This document shows, in pieces, positions 41,901-52,417 of a stretch of DNA of 64,000 bases. A model generated the notes under the pieces. The model worked only from the letters and a program-made list of their open reading frames with translations, was not told where the DNA came from and made no database searches. Position numbers and translations under genes: made by a program. This stretch comes from Haliotis rufescens (lineage: Eukaryota), in the NCBI RefSeq assembly GCF_023055435.1, contig NW_025964372.1:12214001-12278000 (forward strand), written 5' to 3'. The stretch's first letter is position 1; each line of letters opens with the position of its first letter.

Positions 41901-43006
41901 ACACTACAGAACTATACGGTGATCTACGCAACCAAGAATGCACTACAGAACTACATCGTGATGAGTACAGCCAACAATACACTATAGAACTACACCATGA
42001 TGAGTACAGCCAACAACACACTACATAACTATACGGTGATCTACGCAACCAAGAACGCACTACAGAACTACATCGTGATGAGTACAGCCAACAATACACT
42101 ACAGAACTACACCATGATGAGTACAGCCAACAACACACTACATAACTATACGGTGATTTACGCAACCAAGAATGCACTACAGAACTACATCGTGATGAGT
42201 ACAGCCAACAATACACTACAGAACTACATCATGATGAGTACAGCCAACAATACACTACAGAACTACGCCATGATGAGTACAGCCAACAATACACTACAGA
42301 ACTACACCATGATGAGTACAGCCAACAATACACTACAGAACTACACCGTGATGAGTACAGCCAACAATACACTACAGAACTACACCATGATGAGTACAGC
42401 CAACAATACACTACAGAACTACACCATGATGAGTACAGCCAACAACACACTACAGAACTACACCATGCTGAGTACAGCCAACAATACACTACAGAACTAC
42501 ACCATGATGAGTACAGCCAACAATACACTACAGAACTACATCATGATGAGTACAGCCAACAATACACTACAGAACTACATCATGATGAGTACAGCCAACA
42601 ATACACTACAGAACTACGCCATGATGAGTACAGCCAACAATACACTACAGAACTACACCATGATGAGTACAGCCAACAATGCACTACAGAACTACACCAT
42701 GATAAGTACAGCCAATAATACACTACAGAACTACACCATGATGAGTACAGCCAACAACACACTACATAACTATACGGTGATCTACGCAACCAAGAATGCA
42801 CTACGGAACTACATCGTGATGAGTACAGCCAACAATACACTAAAGAACTACACCACGATGAGTACAGCCAACAACACACTACATAACTATACGGTGATCT
42901 ACGCAACCAAGAATGCACTACAGAACTACATCGTGATGAACACAACGATTAACACACTACAGACGTACACCATGGCCCATACAACCAACAACACACGACA
43001 GAACTA
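35916..43006. repeat. 39-bp minisatellite filling PhyH intron 6
   Basis: CAGCACAGCCAACAATACACTACAGAACTACACGGTGAT and variant units over about 7 kb; contains a MITE and a 1990-bp internal duplication. Confidence 0.95.
40900..41446. mobile_element. 547-bp MITE with about 68-bp TIRs and a 9-bp TSD (Mutator-like)
   Basis: CATCTTCCCGAGGCA...TGCCTCGGGAAGATG; flanked by CACGGTGAT at 40891-40899 and 41447-41455; removing it restores a satellite unit. Confidence 0.88.
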
Positions 43007-43052
43007 AACCCGCCCCAGTATAATATGCTCCAAGTTTCAGACTCTGCATTAC

Positions 43053-43143
43053 CTGCAGGCAACCATTCTCCCGAGTACATTTGTCCAGCGCAATGAAGAC
43101 AGTCATCATATCAGGAAAGAGACAACCATTACGATACCAGTAC
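43053..43143 (-). CDS. PhyH-family dioxygenase, exon 6
   Basis: TTTCAG acceptor, CAG|GTAATG donor; [30 protein letters not shown] (PhyH ALD....NG.L motif). Confidence 0.92.
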
Positions 43144-43164
43144 CTGAAACAAATAGATCTGAAC

Positions 43165-43573
43165 ATGGACTTGGGACAACCTTTCTGGTACCAGTAACTG
43201 AAATATGGAATCGAGACAACCATTCTGGTACCAGTAGTTGAGACATGGATTCGAGACAACCTTTCTTATACCAGCAGTTGAAACATGGATTCGAGACAAC
43301 CTTTTCGGTACTAGCTACTGAAACATGGATTCGAGACAACCTTTCTGGTACCAGTAGTTGAGACATGGATTCGAGACAACCTTTCTGGTACCAGTAGTTG
43401 AGACATGGATTCGAGACAACCTTTCTGGTACCAGTAGTTGAGACATGGATTCGAGACAATCATTCTGGTACCAGTAGTTGAGACATGGATTCGAGACAAC
43501 CTTTCTGGTACCAGTAGTTGAGACATGGATTCGAGACAACCATTCTGGTACCAGCCACTGAAACATGGATTCG
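43165..43573 (-). repeat. 40-bp minisatellite derived from the PhyH exon 6 acceptor junction
   Basis: About 10 copies of ATGTCTCAACTACTGGTACCAGAAAGGTTGTCTCGAATCC versus the true junction TTGTTTCAG|GTACTGGTATCGTAATGGTTGTCTC. Confidence 0.9.
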
Positions 43574-43603
43574 GGCTGGATGGTGAAAGATAGGGGTACC
43601 TGC

Positions 43604-43695
43604 CCATAGTCCTGATGCCAGACAAAGCTACCTCCTGTCTTCGCTTCCTTCATCATCAGTTTGGTGTGGTAGTGATACACCTCGCCAGACAACAA
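43604..43695 (-). CDS. PhyH-family dioxygenase, exon 5 (HxD iron ligands)
   Basis: [31 protein letters not shown]; keeping the frame into exon 6 requires a GC donor (GG|GCAGGT). Confidence 0.9.
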
Positions 43696-43834
43696 CTTCA
43701 ACACACAAAACTTTATCAGTGGTATCAGTCAGAGGTGAGTCTTATGCTATCATCTCGGTGACTGTCGTAACTAGGACCATAAGCCTGTATATGGGTTTTC
43801 TAGAAGTCAGAAATAGCTGGCCAGCATCACTAAC

Positions 43835-43945
43835 CTTCTCACATGTCCCGGCAACCTTGCTGCATCGAGCAACCATTCCGGTAACGTCATTTCCAGGGTG
43901 ATTCCACAAGCACAATCGACTGACTCGGTTTTTGTCATCCTTGTT
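43835..43945 (-). CDS. PhyH-family dioxygenase, exon 4
   Basis: TGTAG acceptor, AAG|GTTAGT donor; NKDDKNRVSRLCLWNHPGNDVTGMVARCSKVAGTCEK. Confidence 0.9.
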
Positions 43946-44314
43946 CTACACCAGAGAAACGCTATTAACTGTGATGAACACACTATACTTTACACTCGAG
44001 CAACGTCATTAATGGTAAAGAACATTATATACTTTACATCGGAGAAACATCTGAACCATTACAGGACATGTTATACTTCACATTCAAACTTAAACTTTAC
44101 CTTCACAATTAAATTATATGCTGATTTAATATATCAAACACCTTTACCGTCAAGAAACAATCTATACTTGAACTTTGAAGAAATACCTTTACCAATAAAG
44201 AACACACCATAAGGTACGCCTTTGCTACACCAGTGACTTTAATGAACATGCAACACAGAATCACAACCATTAATGGTAAAGAACACTCTGACAGCTTGGG
44301 TCAATCACACTTAC

Positions 44315-44396
44315 GCCATAGGCAAACTTATCGATGACGGCATTGTTTTCTACCACGTTCTTCACTTTCTCCAGTTCGCTGCTGCTCAGCAATCCT
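44315..44396 (-). CDS. PhyH-family dioxygenase, exon 3
   Basis: CTCACAG acceptor, GGC|GTAAGT donor; GLLSSSELEKVKNVVENNAVIDKFAYG; phases consistent. Confidence 0.88.
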
Positions 44397-44433
44397 CTGT
44401 GAGAACGTATAAAGTGAATTCAATAACGACTTC

Positions 44434-44953
44434 NNNNNNNNNNNNNNNNNNNNNNNNNNNNNNNNNNNNNNNNNNNNNNNNNNNNNNNNNNNNNNNNNNN
44501 NNNNNNNNNNNNNNNNNNNNNNNNNNNNNNNNNNNNNNNNNNNNNNNNNNNNNNNNNNNNNNNNNNNNNNNNNNNNNNNNNNNNNNNNNNNNNNNNNNNN
44601 NNNNNNNNNNNNNNNNNNNNNNNNNNNNNNNNNNNNNNNNNNNNNNNNNNNNNNNNNNNNNNNNNNNNNNNNNNNNNNNNNNNNNNNNNNNNNNNNNNNN
44701 NNNNNNNNNNNNNNNNNNNNNNNNNNNNNNNNNNNNNNNNNNNNNNNNNNNNNNNNNNNNNNNNNNNNNNNNNNNNNNNNNNNNNNNNNNNNNNNNNNNN
44801 NNNNNNNNNNNNNNNNNNNNNNNNNNNNNNNNNNNNNNNNNNNNNNNNNNNNNNNNNNNNNNNNNNNNNNNNNNNNNNNNNNNNNNNNNNNNNNNNNNNN
44901 NNNNNNNNNNNNNNNNNNNNNNNNNNNNNNNNNNNNNNNNNNNNNNNNNNNNN
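44434..44953. other. Assembly gap (520 N) in PhyH intron 2
   Basis: Run of N. Confidence 1.
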
Positions 44954-45071
44954 CTGTATTTGTATTTTATAACATTTAAATAACTATGAAATTAATAGTG
45001 TTTCTTCACATACATGTTTAGCACGCCAAAAGAAGCTTCTTGAAAAGAAAACCATATTTCATGGCCATTAC

Positions 45072-45153
45072 CTGAGCAGTAGATAACCGTTGTTGTTGAA
45101 ACAGGACTGCATATCATCTGTGACGGTAAACGTCTCCTGGTCGAATATATAGT
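45072..45153 (-). CDS. PhyH-family dioxygenase, exon 2
   Basis: TTTTACAG acceptor, AG|GTAATG donor; YIFDQETFTVTDDMQSCFNNNGYLLLR is the typical PhyH F...GY.++R start. Confidence 0.88.
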
Positions 45154-45383
45154 CTGTAAAACAACGCGCATACATTTCACTGACAAGGGATTATATTTAA
45201 CCATACTGAACACACCCTTAGCGGTGTTATGATCTTAGATCTGACACCGTCCCCAGAGAACTCGCTACTGAGGGAAAGAAGGGCTAGATTGAAACCATCA
45301 TTTAAACAACACATCAACACATATCCGGGCAAAGAAATTCCTGCAAATGACAAGCAACCTGTTCAGCTTCAACTGAAAGAGCT

Positions 45384-47491
45384 CCAGATCCAGCTGAACA
45401 TACATGAGGTGAGCAGAGATCCTGCTCAGACACACGAGGTGATCGGAGATCCAGCTCAGACATACGAGGTGAGCAGAGATCCTGCTCAGACACACGAGGT
45501 GAGCGGAGATCCAGCTCAGACATACGAGGTGAGCGGAGATCCAGCTCAGACACACGAGGTGAACGGAGATCCAGCTCAGATATACATCAGGTGAGCGGAG
45601 ATCCAGATCAGACATACATGAGGTGAGCGGAGATCCAGCTCAGACATACGAGGTGAGCGGAGATCCAGCTCAGACACATGAGGTGAACGGAGATCCTGCT
45701 CAGACACACGAGGTGAGCGGAGATCCAGCTCAGACATACATGAGGTCAACGGAGATCCAGCTTAGGCACACGAGGTGAGCGGAGATCCAGCTCAGACATA
45801 CGAGGTGAGCGGAGATCCAGCTCAGACACACGAGGTGAGCGGAGATCCAGCTCAGACATACGAGGTGAGCGGAGATCCAGCTCAGACACATGAGGTGAGC
45901 GGAGATCCAGCTCAGACACATGAGGTGAGCGGAGATCCAGCTCAGACACACGAGGTGAGCGGAGATCCAACCCAGATATACATCAGGTGAGCGGAGATCC
46001 AGATCAGATATACAAGAGGTGAGCGGAGATCCAGATCAGATATACAAGAGGTGAGCGGAGATCCAGATCAGATATACAAGAGGTGAGTGGAGATCCAGAT
46101 CAGATATACAAGAGGTGAGCGGAGATCCAGATCAGATATACAAGAGGTGAGCGGAGATCCAGATCAGAAATACAGGAGGTGAGCAGAGATCCAGCTCAGA
46201 TACACGATTTAGCGGAGATCCAGATCAGATATACAAGAGGTGAGCGGAGATCCAGATCAGATATACAAGAGGTGAGCGGAGATCCAGATCAGATATACAA
46301 GAGGTGAGCAGAGATCCAGATCAGATATACAAGAGGTGAGCGGAGATCCAGATCAGATATACAAGAGGTGAGTGGAGATCCAGATCAGATATACAAGAGG
46401 TGAGCGGAGATCCAGATCAGATATACAAGAGGTGAGCGGAGATCCAGATCAGAAATACAGGAGGTGAGCAGAGATCCAGCTCAGATACACGATTTAGCGG
46501 AGATCCAGATCAGATATACAAGAGGTGAGCGGAGATCCAGATCAGATATACAAGAGGTGAGCGGAGATCCAGATCAGAAATACAGGAGGTGAGCAGAGAT
46601 CCAGCTCAGATACACGATTTAGCGGAGATCCAGATCAGATATACAAGAGGTGAGCGGAGATCCAGATCAGATATACAAGAGGTGAGCGGAGATCCAGATC
46701 AGATATACAAGAGGTGAGCGGAGATCCAGATCAGATATACAAGAGGTGAGCGGAGATCCAGATCAAATATACAAGAGGTGAGCGGAGATCCAGATCAGAT
46801 ATACAAGAGGTGAGCGGAGATCCAGATCAGAAATACAGGAGGTGAGCAGAGATCCAGCTCAGATACACGATTTAGCGGAGATCCAGATCAGATACACAAG
46901 AGGTGAGCGGAGATCCAGATCAGATATACAAGAGGTGAGCGGAGATCCAGATCAGAAATACAGGAGGTGAGCAGAGATCCAGCTCAGATACACGATTTAG
47001 CGGAGATCCAGATCAGATATACAAGAGGTGAGCGGAGATCCAGATCAGATATACAAGAGGTGAGCGGAGATCCAGATCAGATATACAAGAGGTGAGCGGA
47101 GATCCAGATCAGATATACAAGAGGTGAGCGGAGATGTAGATCAGATATACAAGAGGTGAGCGGAGATCCAGATCAGATATACACACATACAGGGTTTGAG
47201 CGGAGATCCAACACACATACAGGGGCTGAGCGGAGATCCAATACACACATACAGAGGCTGAGCAGAGATCTAACACACACATACAGGGGCTGAGCAGAGA
47301 TCCAACACACACATACAGGGGCTGAGCTGAGATCCAATACACACATACAGAGGCTGAGCAGAGATCTAACACACACATACAGGGGCTGAGCAGAGATCCA
47401 ACACACACATACAGGGGCTGAGCGGAGATCCAACACACACATACAGAGGTTGAGCAGAGATCCAACACACACATACAGGGGCTGAGCAGAG
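45384..47491. repeat. 30-36-bp minisatellite in PhyH intron 1
   Basis: GAGGTGAGCGGAGATCCAGCTCAGACACAC (30 bp) grading into a 32-bp unit and then longer CA-containing units. Confidence 0.93.
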
Positions 47492-47585
47492 TCTTTTTTT
47501 TAATCATGTGTTTAATTTGGGGATGATACCATACTGTTATGATTCATATAAAATATTTATCCTAAAAACTGGGCCTAATAACCCA

Positions 47586-47751
47586 GTGAGTGAGTGAGTA
47601 TGGTTTTACGCCGCTTTTAGCAATATCCCAGCAATATCACGGCGGGGGACACCAGAAATGGGCTCCACACAATGTACCCATGTCGGAAATCGAACTCGGG
47701 TCTTCGGCGTGACAAGCGAACGCTTTAACCACTAGGCTACCCGACCGCCCC
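47586..47751 (-). mobile_element. tRNA-derived SINE with 9-bp TSD
   Basis: GGGGCGGTCGGG-TAGCCTAGTGG (A box)...GAGTTCGATTTCC (B box), GTC in the anticodon-like loop, (ACTC)n tail; TSD AATAACCCA at 47577-47585 and 47752-47760. Confidence 0.9.
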
Positions 47752-47942
47752 AATAACCCATTGACAATAGCTCCTGTACAATACGGGTTGTGGAACAATG
47801 GACGTATTCACAAACCATATGATATATCAAAGCCGAAACAACGCCCAAAAGAACAAACTAAAATTCACGTGTGTAATTAAGGAGTATGAAACGATCGTTT
47901 GAAATAATGGAACAGAAGAGTGATTGCCTCACATAATCTCAC

Positions 47943-47955
47943 CTTTTAGGGGCAT
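47943..47955 (-). CDS. PhyH-family dioxygenase, exon 1 (start codon, MPLK)
   Basis: ATGCCCCTAAAAG|GTGAGA; phase 1 matches exon 2 (G|AC = Asp). The exon is short, so the assignment rests on donor quality and phase. Confidence 0.6.
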
Positions 47956-48578
47956 TGCGATGTCCCAGATCTCCGCTGACCACGCACGAGTGAGGAGTTT
48001 CCACTAAACTGTTCGCTGCAAAGAACAGAACTTGATGGAATATCTGGACAAATGCAATGTATTAAACAACATCTACTTTCACACATGTTATTGAACATTA
48101 AATAACAAGGTATATTTCCTCTACAGAGGTGTTAACACGGCGCGGACCTGACGTGCGGACTTGGCAGCCCTGGATGCACAAATCCCGGATCATATGGACC
48201 ACGTAACGCCAAGGATTTATGTGCGTAGTCGCGACTGAATTTGTTAGTCATCAAGTGTTTATTAGATTATACTGACGACCTTGACCTACAAAACTATAAC
48301 AGGCCCACACACACATGCAGTGGTTTAAACATATGGTAGATCACATACACGGCTATCTCTATGTCACTGTTATAAGTGTTAAAGACAACAATATATTACC
48401 TATGTGTATTAAATACTTCACATGAATCAGCTTTGTCGTTGTTGCCTATGCGGGCCTATAGTCAATGATGTGAACACCCATGTCAAGTCGCCAGAACGAC
48501 ACATGCCGATTCTCATCCTAGATTCTGACACGTAGACATCCACGAGCTCATCCTACCCTTGACGAGGTACACCCCCAC

Positions 48579-48918
48579 CAGTATATTGTATTGATCTTTG
48601 AACAGTGTATTGTATTTATCTTTGAATAGTATATTGTATTTATCTTTGAACAGTATATTGTATTGATCTTTGAACAGTATATTGTATTCATCTTTGAACA
48701 GTATATTGTATTGATCTTTGAACAGTATATTGTATTCATCTTTGAACAGTATATTGTATTGATCTTTGAACAGTATATTGTATTCATCCCTGAACAGTAT
48801 ATTGTATTCATCTTTGAACAGTATATTGTATTGATCTTTGAACAGTATATTGTATTGATCTTTGAACAGTATATTGTATTGATCTTTGAACAGTATATTG
48901 TATTGATCTTTGAACATT
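48579..48918. repeat. 24-bp minisatellite (CAGTATATTGTATTGATCTTTGAA)
   Basis: About 14 copies. Confidence 0.95.
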
Positions 48919-49099
48919 GTATGTATCGGGGTCTACTGAGGGAGGACAGTGAAGCGGGTCATCCACTACTAGTCTGTCTCCCAGACACAAGATAATAAAC
49001 GAATCAAACTCATGTCTAGGGTGATTTTGCAAGTCGAGATTGCCTCAGCTTCGAAATTAAGCATCGTTTCAGGCTCCATGTGGATTATATTCTTTAGTT

Positions 49100-49233
49100 T
49101 ATATACTAATCAAAAGAAGTTAAGGATCACCTGATTCTTTCATATTACAATAGTTAATCTCTCATGCCATGACAGATTAACATTACCAATATGAAAGAAT
49201 CGGGTGATCCTTAACCTCTTTTGAGTAGTATAT
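49100..49233. mobile_element. Fold-back mini-MITE (Tc1/mariner-type ends, TA flanks)
   Basis: TATACTAATCAAAAGAAGTTAAGGATCACCTGATTCTTTCATATT pairs with AATATGAAAGAATCGGGTGATCCTTAACCTCTTTTGAGTAGTATA; almost the whole element is one hairpin. Confidence 0.8.
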
Positions 49234-50262
49234 ATATATTTTTGAATAATATGCTTACTTCATTTCTGGGACTAACCGTTTCGCCTACCATGATTGGCAG
49301 ATGCGCATGTATAAATTCGGAAGATTAGGAGACTAACTGTTTCAGACACACGATGTTGCAACTTGAAACCTCTGATTAGCGATTCGGCACGTTCCATAGT
49401 CATGGTAGAAAAAGAAATTGCCAATTAAAAATGCCAATCCTCCGCGTACCCGTGTGGAACATAAAGCGTGTAGACATTTATTCACACATGCGTAGTAGGT
49501 ACATATCAAGCAGTCTGGAAACGTCTTCATTTGAATTGGAGCGTGTGCCGCAATCAGGTTGATGTGAATAATGTTGAATGGGATTCGAAATCTGGACCAG
49601 TCTATGAATATGGACCAAGTTTGAATACTCATTCATTATATATTGATTTTATTCAATATTTATTAAAACATCTCTTTAGTTCATGTTTCTATGAGTTTTA
49701 CCGAGACAGCCAAAGTATGGAGTTTTCTCGCGTTGTCCTCAACACAACTCGAATTAGCTCCTTATATCTGACCACGACCTGGCAGCCCATCTCTCCATGT
49801 CAGTCAACCTATTAGATATTGGGCGGCATTCAGCACCACCATCTTCAGATGTTGGAGTCAGTGTCATCCTTGACATACTCTGTAAATTAGAAATGTAAAA
49901 AGATCTTTACTTTGAAATCTTTATTTTATGACGGAAGGTATTAGATAGCATCACCGAAATGACTCCGTGGTGACTTCCAGGAACACATGCAATGTTAGTC
50001 GCTTCCGCTAGTCGCACGCGTACGTAAGTGCGTGCGTGCCTGCGTGCCTGCGTCTTCTAAGGTGGGGTTGTGAACACTGATCTTGGACAGTACAGTCCCT
50101 ACAGTCTGCCGAGATGGTGTGAGCAGGTATTGGATAGTATCACCGTGATTCCGTAGTGACTTCAAGCAACACATCTAATGTTAGTCGTGTTCGCTAGTCG
50201 TGTCCGCTAATCGTGTTTGACTAAATCAGACAACAAATCTCACACATCTTTTGACAGGAATG

Positions 50263-50273
50263 TTTATTTTATT
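50263..50273 (-). terminator. Polyadenylation signal (overlapping AATAAA x2), copy 1
   Basis: AATAAAATAAA on the minus strand shortly after the stop; also at about 61682-61692 for copy 2. Confidence 0.65.
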
Positions 50274-50328
50274 ACGGAATGTACATGCGCATGTGACATG
50301 ATGTTAGCGGGACGTGTAATGTGACGTC

Positions 50329-50480
50329 TCAGTTGTCGAAGTTGCATGTCCAGATGCTGTCGTCCCAGACAAGACCCTTAGGACACTTCATGAGGTACGC
50401 AATGTAGTTCCCACACTGGTAGTAGCGACCTCTGTTGGTAGGATGGGGAAAGAACTTCACACGTCTGTCCGGGCAGTAAC
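50329..50480 (-). CDS. Secreted TSP1/chitin-binding protein copy 1, exon 5 (ChtBD2/peritrophin-A-like domain)
   Basis: TTACAG acceptor; GYCPDRRVKFFPHPTNRGRYYQCGNYIAYLMKCPKGLVWDDSIWTCNFDN then TGA; YYQC, CP.GL.W and C.F motifs; AATAAA about 55 bp downstream. Confidence 0.88.
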
Positions 50481-50588
50481 CTGTAACACACAACACGTAT
50501 ATCTGACATGGGTCATCACAATAGCCAACGCTTACTGTTCACTGTCCAACAGCCTGTTAGTAACAGCAGTTGTCCACAGGAATCTCAC

Positions 50589-50786
50589 CTCTACATCCTT
50601 GTGTGTTGCACTCCGCTACTGCTTGCTCCACACTCTCGCCTTCACAGTCAGCGCCGCCGTTCTCAGGTTCTGGGTTGTCACAGGATCTTACACGTGACTG
50701 CTTGACCTTGCCCCCTCCACAAAACGCTGAGCACTCCCCGCCGTCACTTGCGGTCCATTCACCCCATTCACCCCATCCTCCATTCA
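50589..50786 (-). CDS. Secreted TSP1/chitin-binding protein copy 1, exon 4 (TSP1 repeat 2)
   Basis: Phase 1-1 exon; VNGGWGEWGEW...CSAFCGGGKVKQSRVRSCDNPEPENGGADCEG...CNTQGC. Confidence 0.93.
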
Positions 50787-51007
50787 CTGTGAAGTACAGA
50801 AGCAGGTGATAAGTCAGACAACCAACCAATTACCACCATCTTTAACATACTACTATATGTATTACCTCTCAACATGTATCAACCTTCCATTTTACCTTCC
50901 ATTACAACGTTAGGCTTTCTATGACTCAACGCAAACGCAGCGGACAATGTACAAGATATGAACGTAGTTATACCACATGGCGTGGACAATGATGGGAATG
51001 TGAATAC

Positions 51008-51187
51008 CCGGTATATGACAGCTGTCGGTGTTACAGGCCTGGGTGTACGTCTCCTTGCCCCCGTTGATTGGCTTACAGAACAGACCGCCCTGGCACTTCC
51101 TGGTTCTCACCACAGTCTGCGAGCCTCCCCCACAGCTAGCGCTGCACTCCCCCACACTCTCGCTCCACGAGGACCATTTGCCCCACA
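51008..51187 (-). CDS. Secreted TSP1/chitin-binding protein copy 1, exon 3 (TSP1 repeat 1)
   Basis: Phase 1-1 exon; WGKWSSWS..GECSASCGGGSQTVVRTRKC...CNTDSC. Confidence 0.92.
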
Positions 51188-51488
51188 CTGCAAACATTGC
51201 GAATATCAGGTCACGTGGGTAACCACCCATTTCTTAATTGTTAGAGATGAACTTCTTTTCAGTTTTTTTGTGGACATTGTGAATTATAACGTTATTGCTT
51301 CTTTTGATGTGCTTATGAAAAACATCAGCAAGTGTTGGTAACTGAGATATGCTGCAATATGGAATCTACACAGCTGTTATCATCTTAACCAAACTATTGG
51401 CATTAATAAAGAATTAAGGACTACTTATTCATTCATTATTGTCGTGTGGAACCTTTTGGCGAGTAAATGGACTGAACATTGAACATAC

Positions 51489-51511
51489 CGAAGTTTTGCT
51501 CAGGCTGGATT
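51489..51511 (-). CDS. Secreted TSP1/chitin-binding protein copy 1, exon 2 (23-bp microexon)
   Basis: TTTTCAG acceptor, G|GTATGT donor; IQPEQNF; converts phase 2 to phase 1, as needed to join exon 1 to the TSP1 exon. Confidence 0.7.
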
Positions 51512-52417
51512 CTGAAAATGTCGAAAATGAAAACCAACTTAATGTTACAGTATGTGACCAGGTCAGGGCAGTGATGCAATAGAAGTATTCTCGAAACGGA
51601 TCAGACAGATCTCTTTACTCGCATCCTAAGATTGGAGGAAGTTGGACGATATGTCCTCCACAATGGTAGAAGAACAATATACTTCTTTGACATATTCTGT
51701 GATATATACATCATTGTTGGCTTGTTGTCGTTCCCAGATAAACAAGCTGACCTGTTAAATGAACAATATGTGAATGACAAGATAAGTTCAATGTGGTGTA
51801 TATGATAGAGGGTTAGTGACCTACTTTAACGGGATATAAAGGTCCAAGTAAAAGCTACAGAGTTCTCTATCTGTGTTATGTCACTGTCAAGTACTCCACG
51901 GCCACTTCCACGGCAGAGCACACGACAGCCTTGTATAAAGTGAACAGTGACAATGTTCACCCCCACTCAAGCCACACGAACTGATGGCACATCTCGAGGT
52001 ACATGCAGGTGGAGTTGCACGAGTATATGAACTACACTGGTACATTAGCGCTTTATAATTGTTCTACGCCTTGTCCAAATGAGAAACACCCATAGAACCA
52101 GAGCTGTTTTTTAAACAATAAATTGGAGTCAGTATAATTGTAATCCGAGCCATTAAATCAGTGGGTGACATCATGGGCACCGTCGGGTAACGGGGACATC
52201 AACCATTCATTGTCACAAAATATATTAATTCAGTCTGCTCTTTGTCAAGCATGGGACTGGATTATTTCCCCTTTGGAAAGTATATATGAGTCTGTCTATC
52301 GTAAAACATACCAATCCACAAAAATTCGAAGCAAAACAGTATCGATGTGGCATCAAGGGTATTAATAAATACGAATTGCCATATGATTTAACATGACCTA
52401 CTCCGCACGCTACTTAC

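Noticed and set aside
36760-43007. NYTVISTANNTLQ / HHDEYSQQYTTEL repeat ORFs as mucin-like or His-rich proteins
   Set aside because: They lie in an intron of the minus-strand PhyH gene, have frequent stops and frameshifts, and lack a signal peptide or splice structure.
44273-44983. 236-aa ORF
   Set aside because: Artefact of reading through the N gap.
47680-47751. tRNA-Asp gene
   Set aside because: The acceptor stem is imperfect, and it is followed by a SINE body, an (ACTC)n tail and a TSD.
48513-48995. FKDQYNIL repeat ORF; possible acceptor-derived array (TTTGAACAG)
   Set aside because: A 24-bp tandem repeat; the last unit lacks the AG and I found no adjoining exon.
51600-51751. Possible extra exon after TTTAACAG in the TSP1/ChtBD2 gene (minus strand)
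   Set aside because: No convincing donor or domain content, and the model is already in frame without it.
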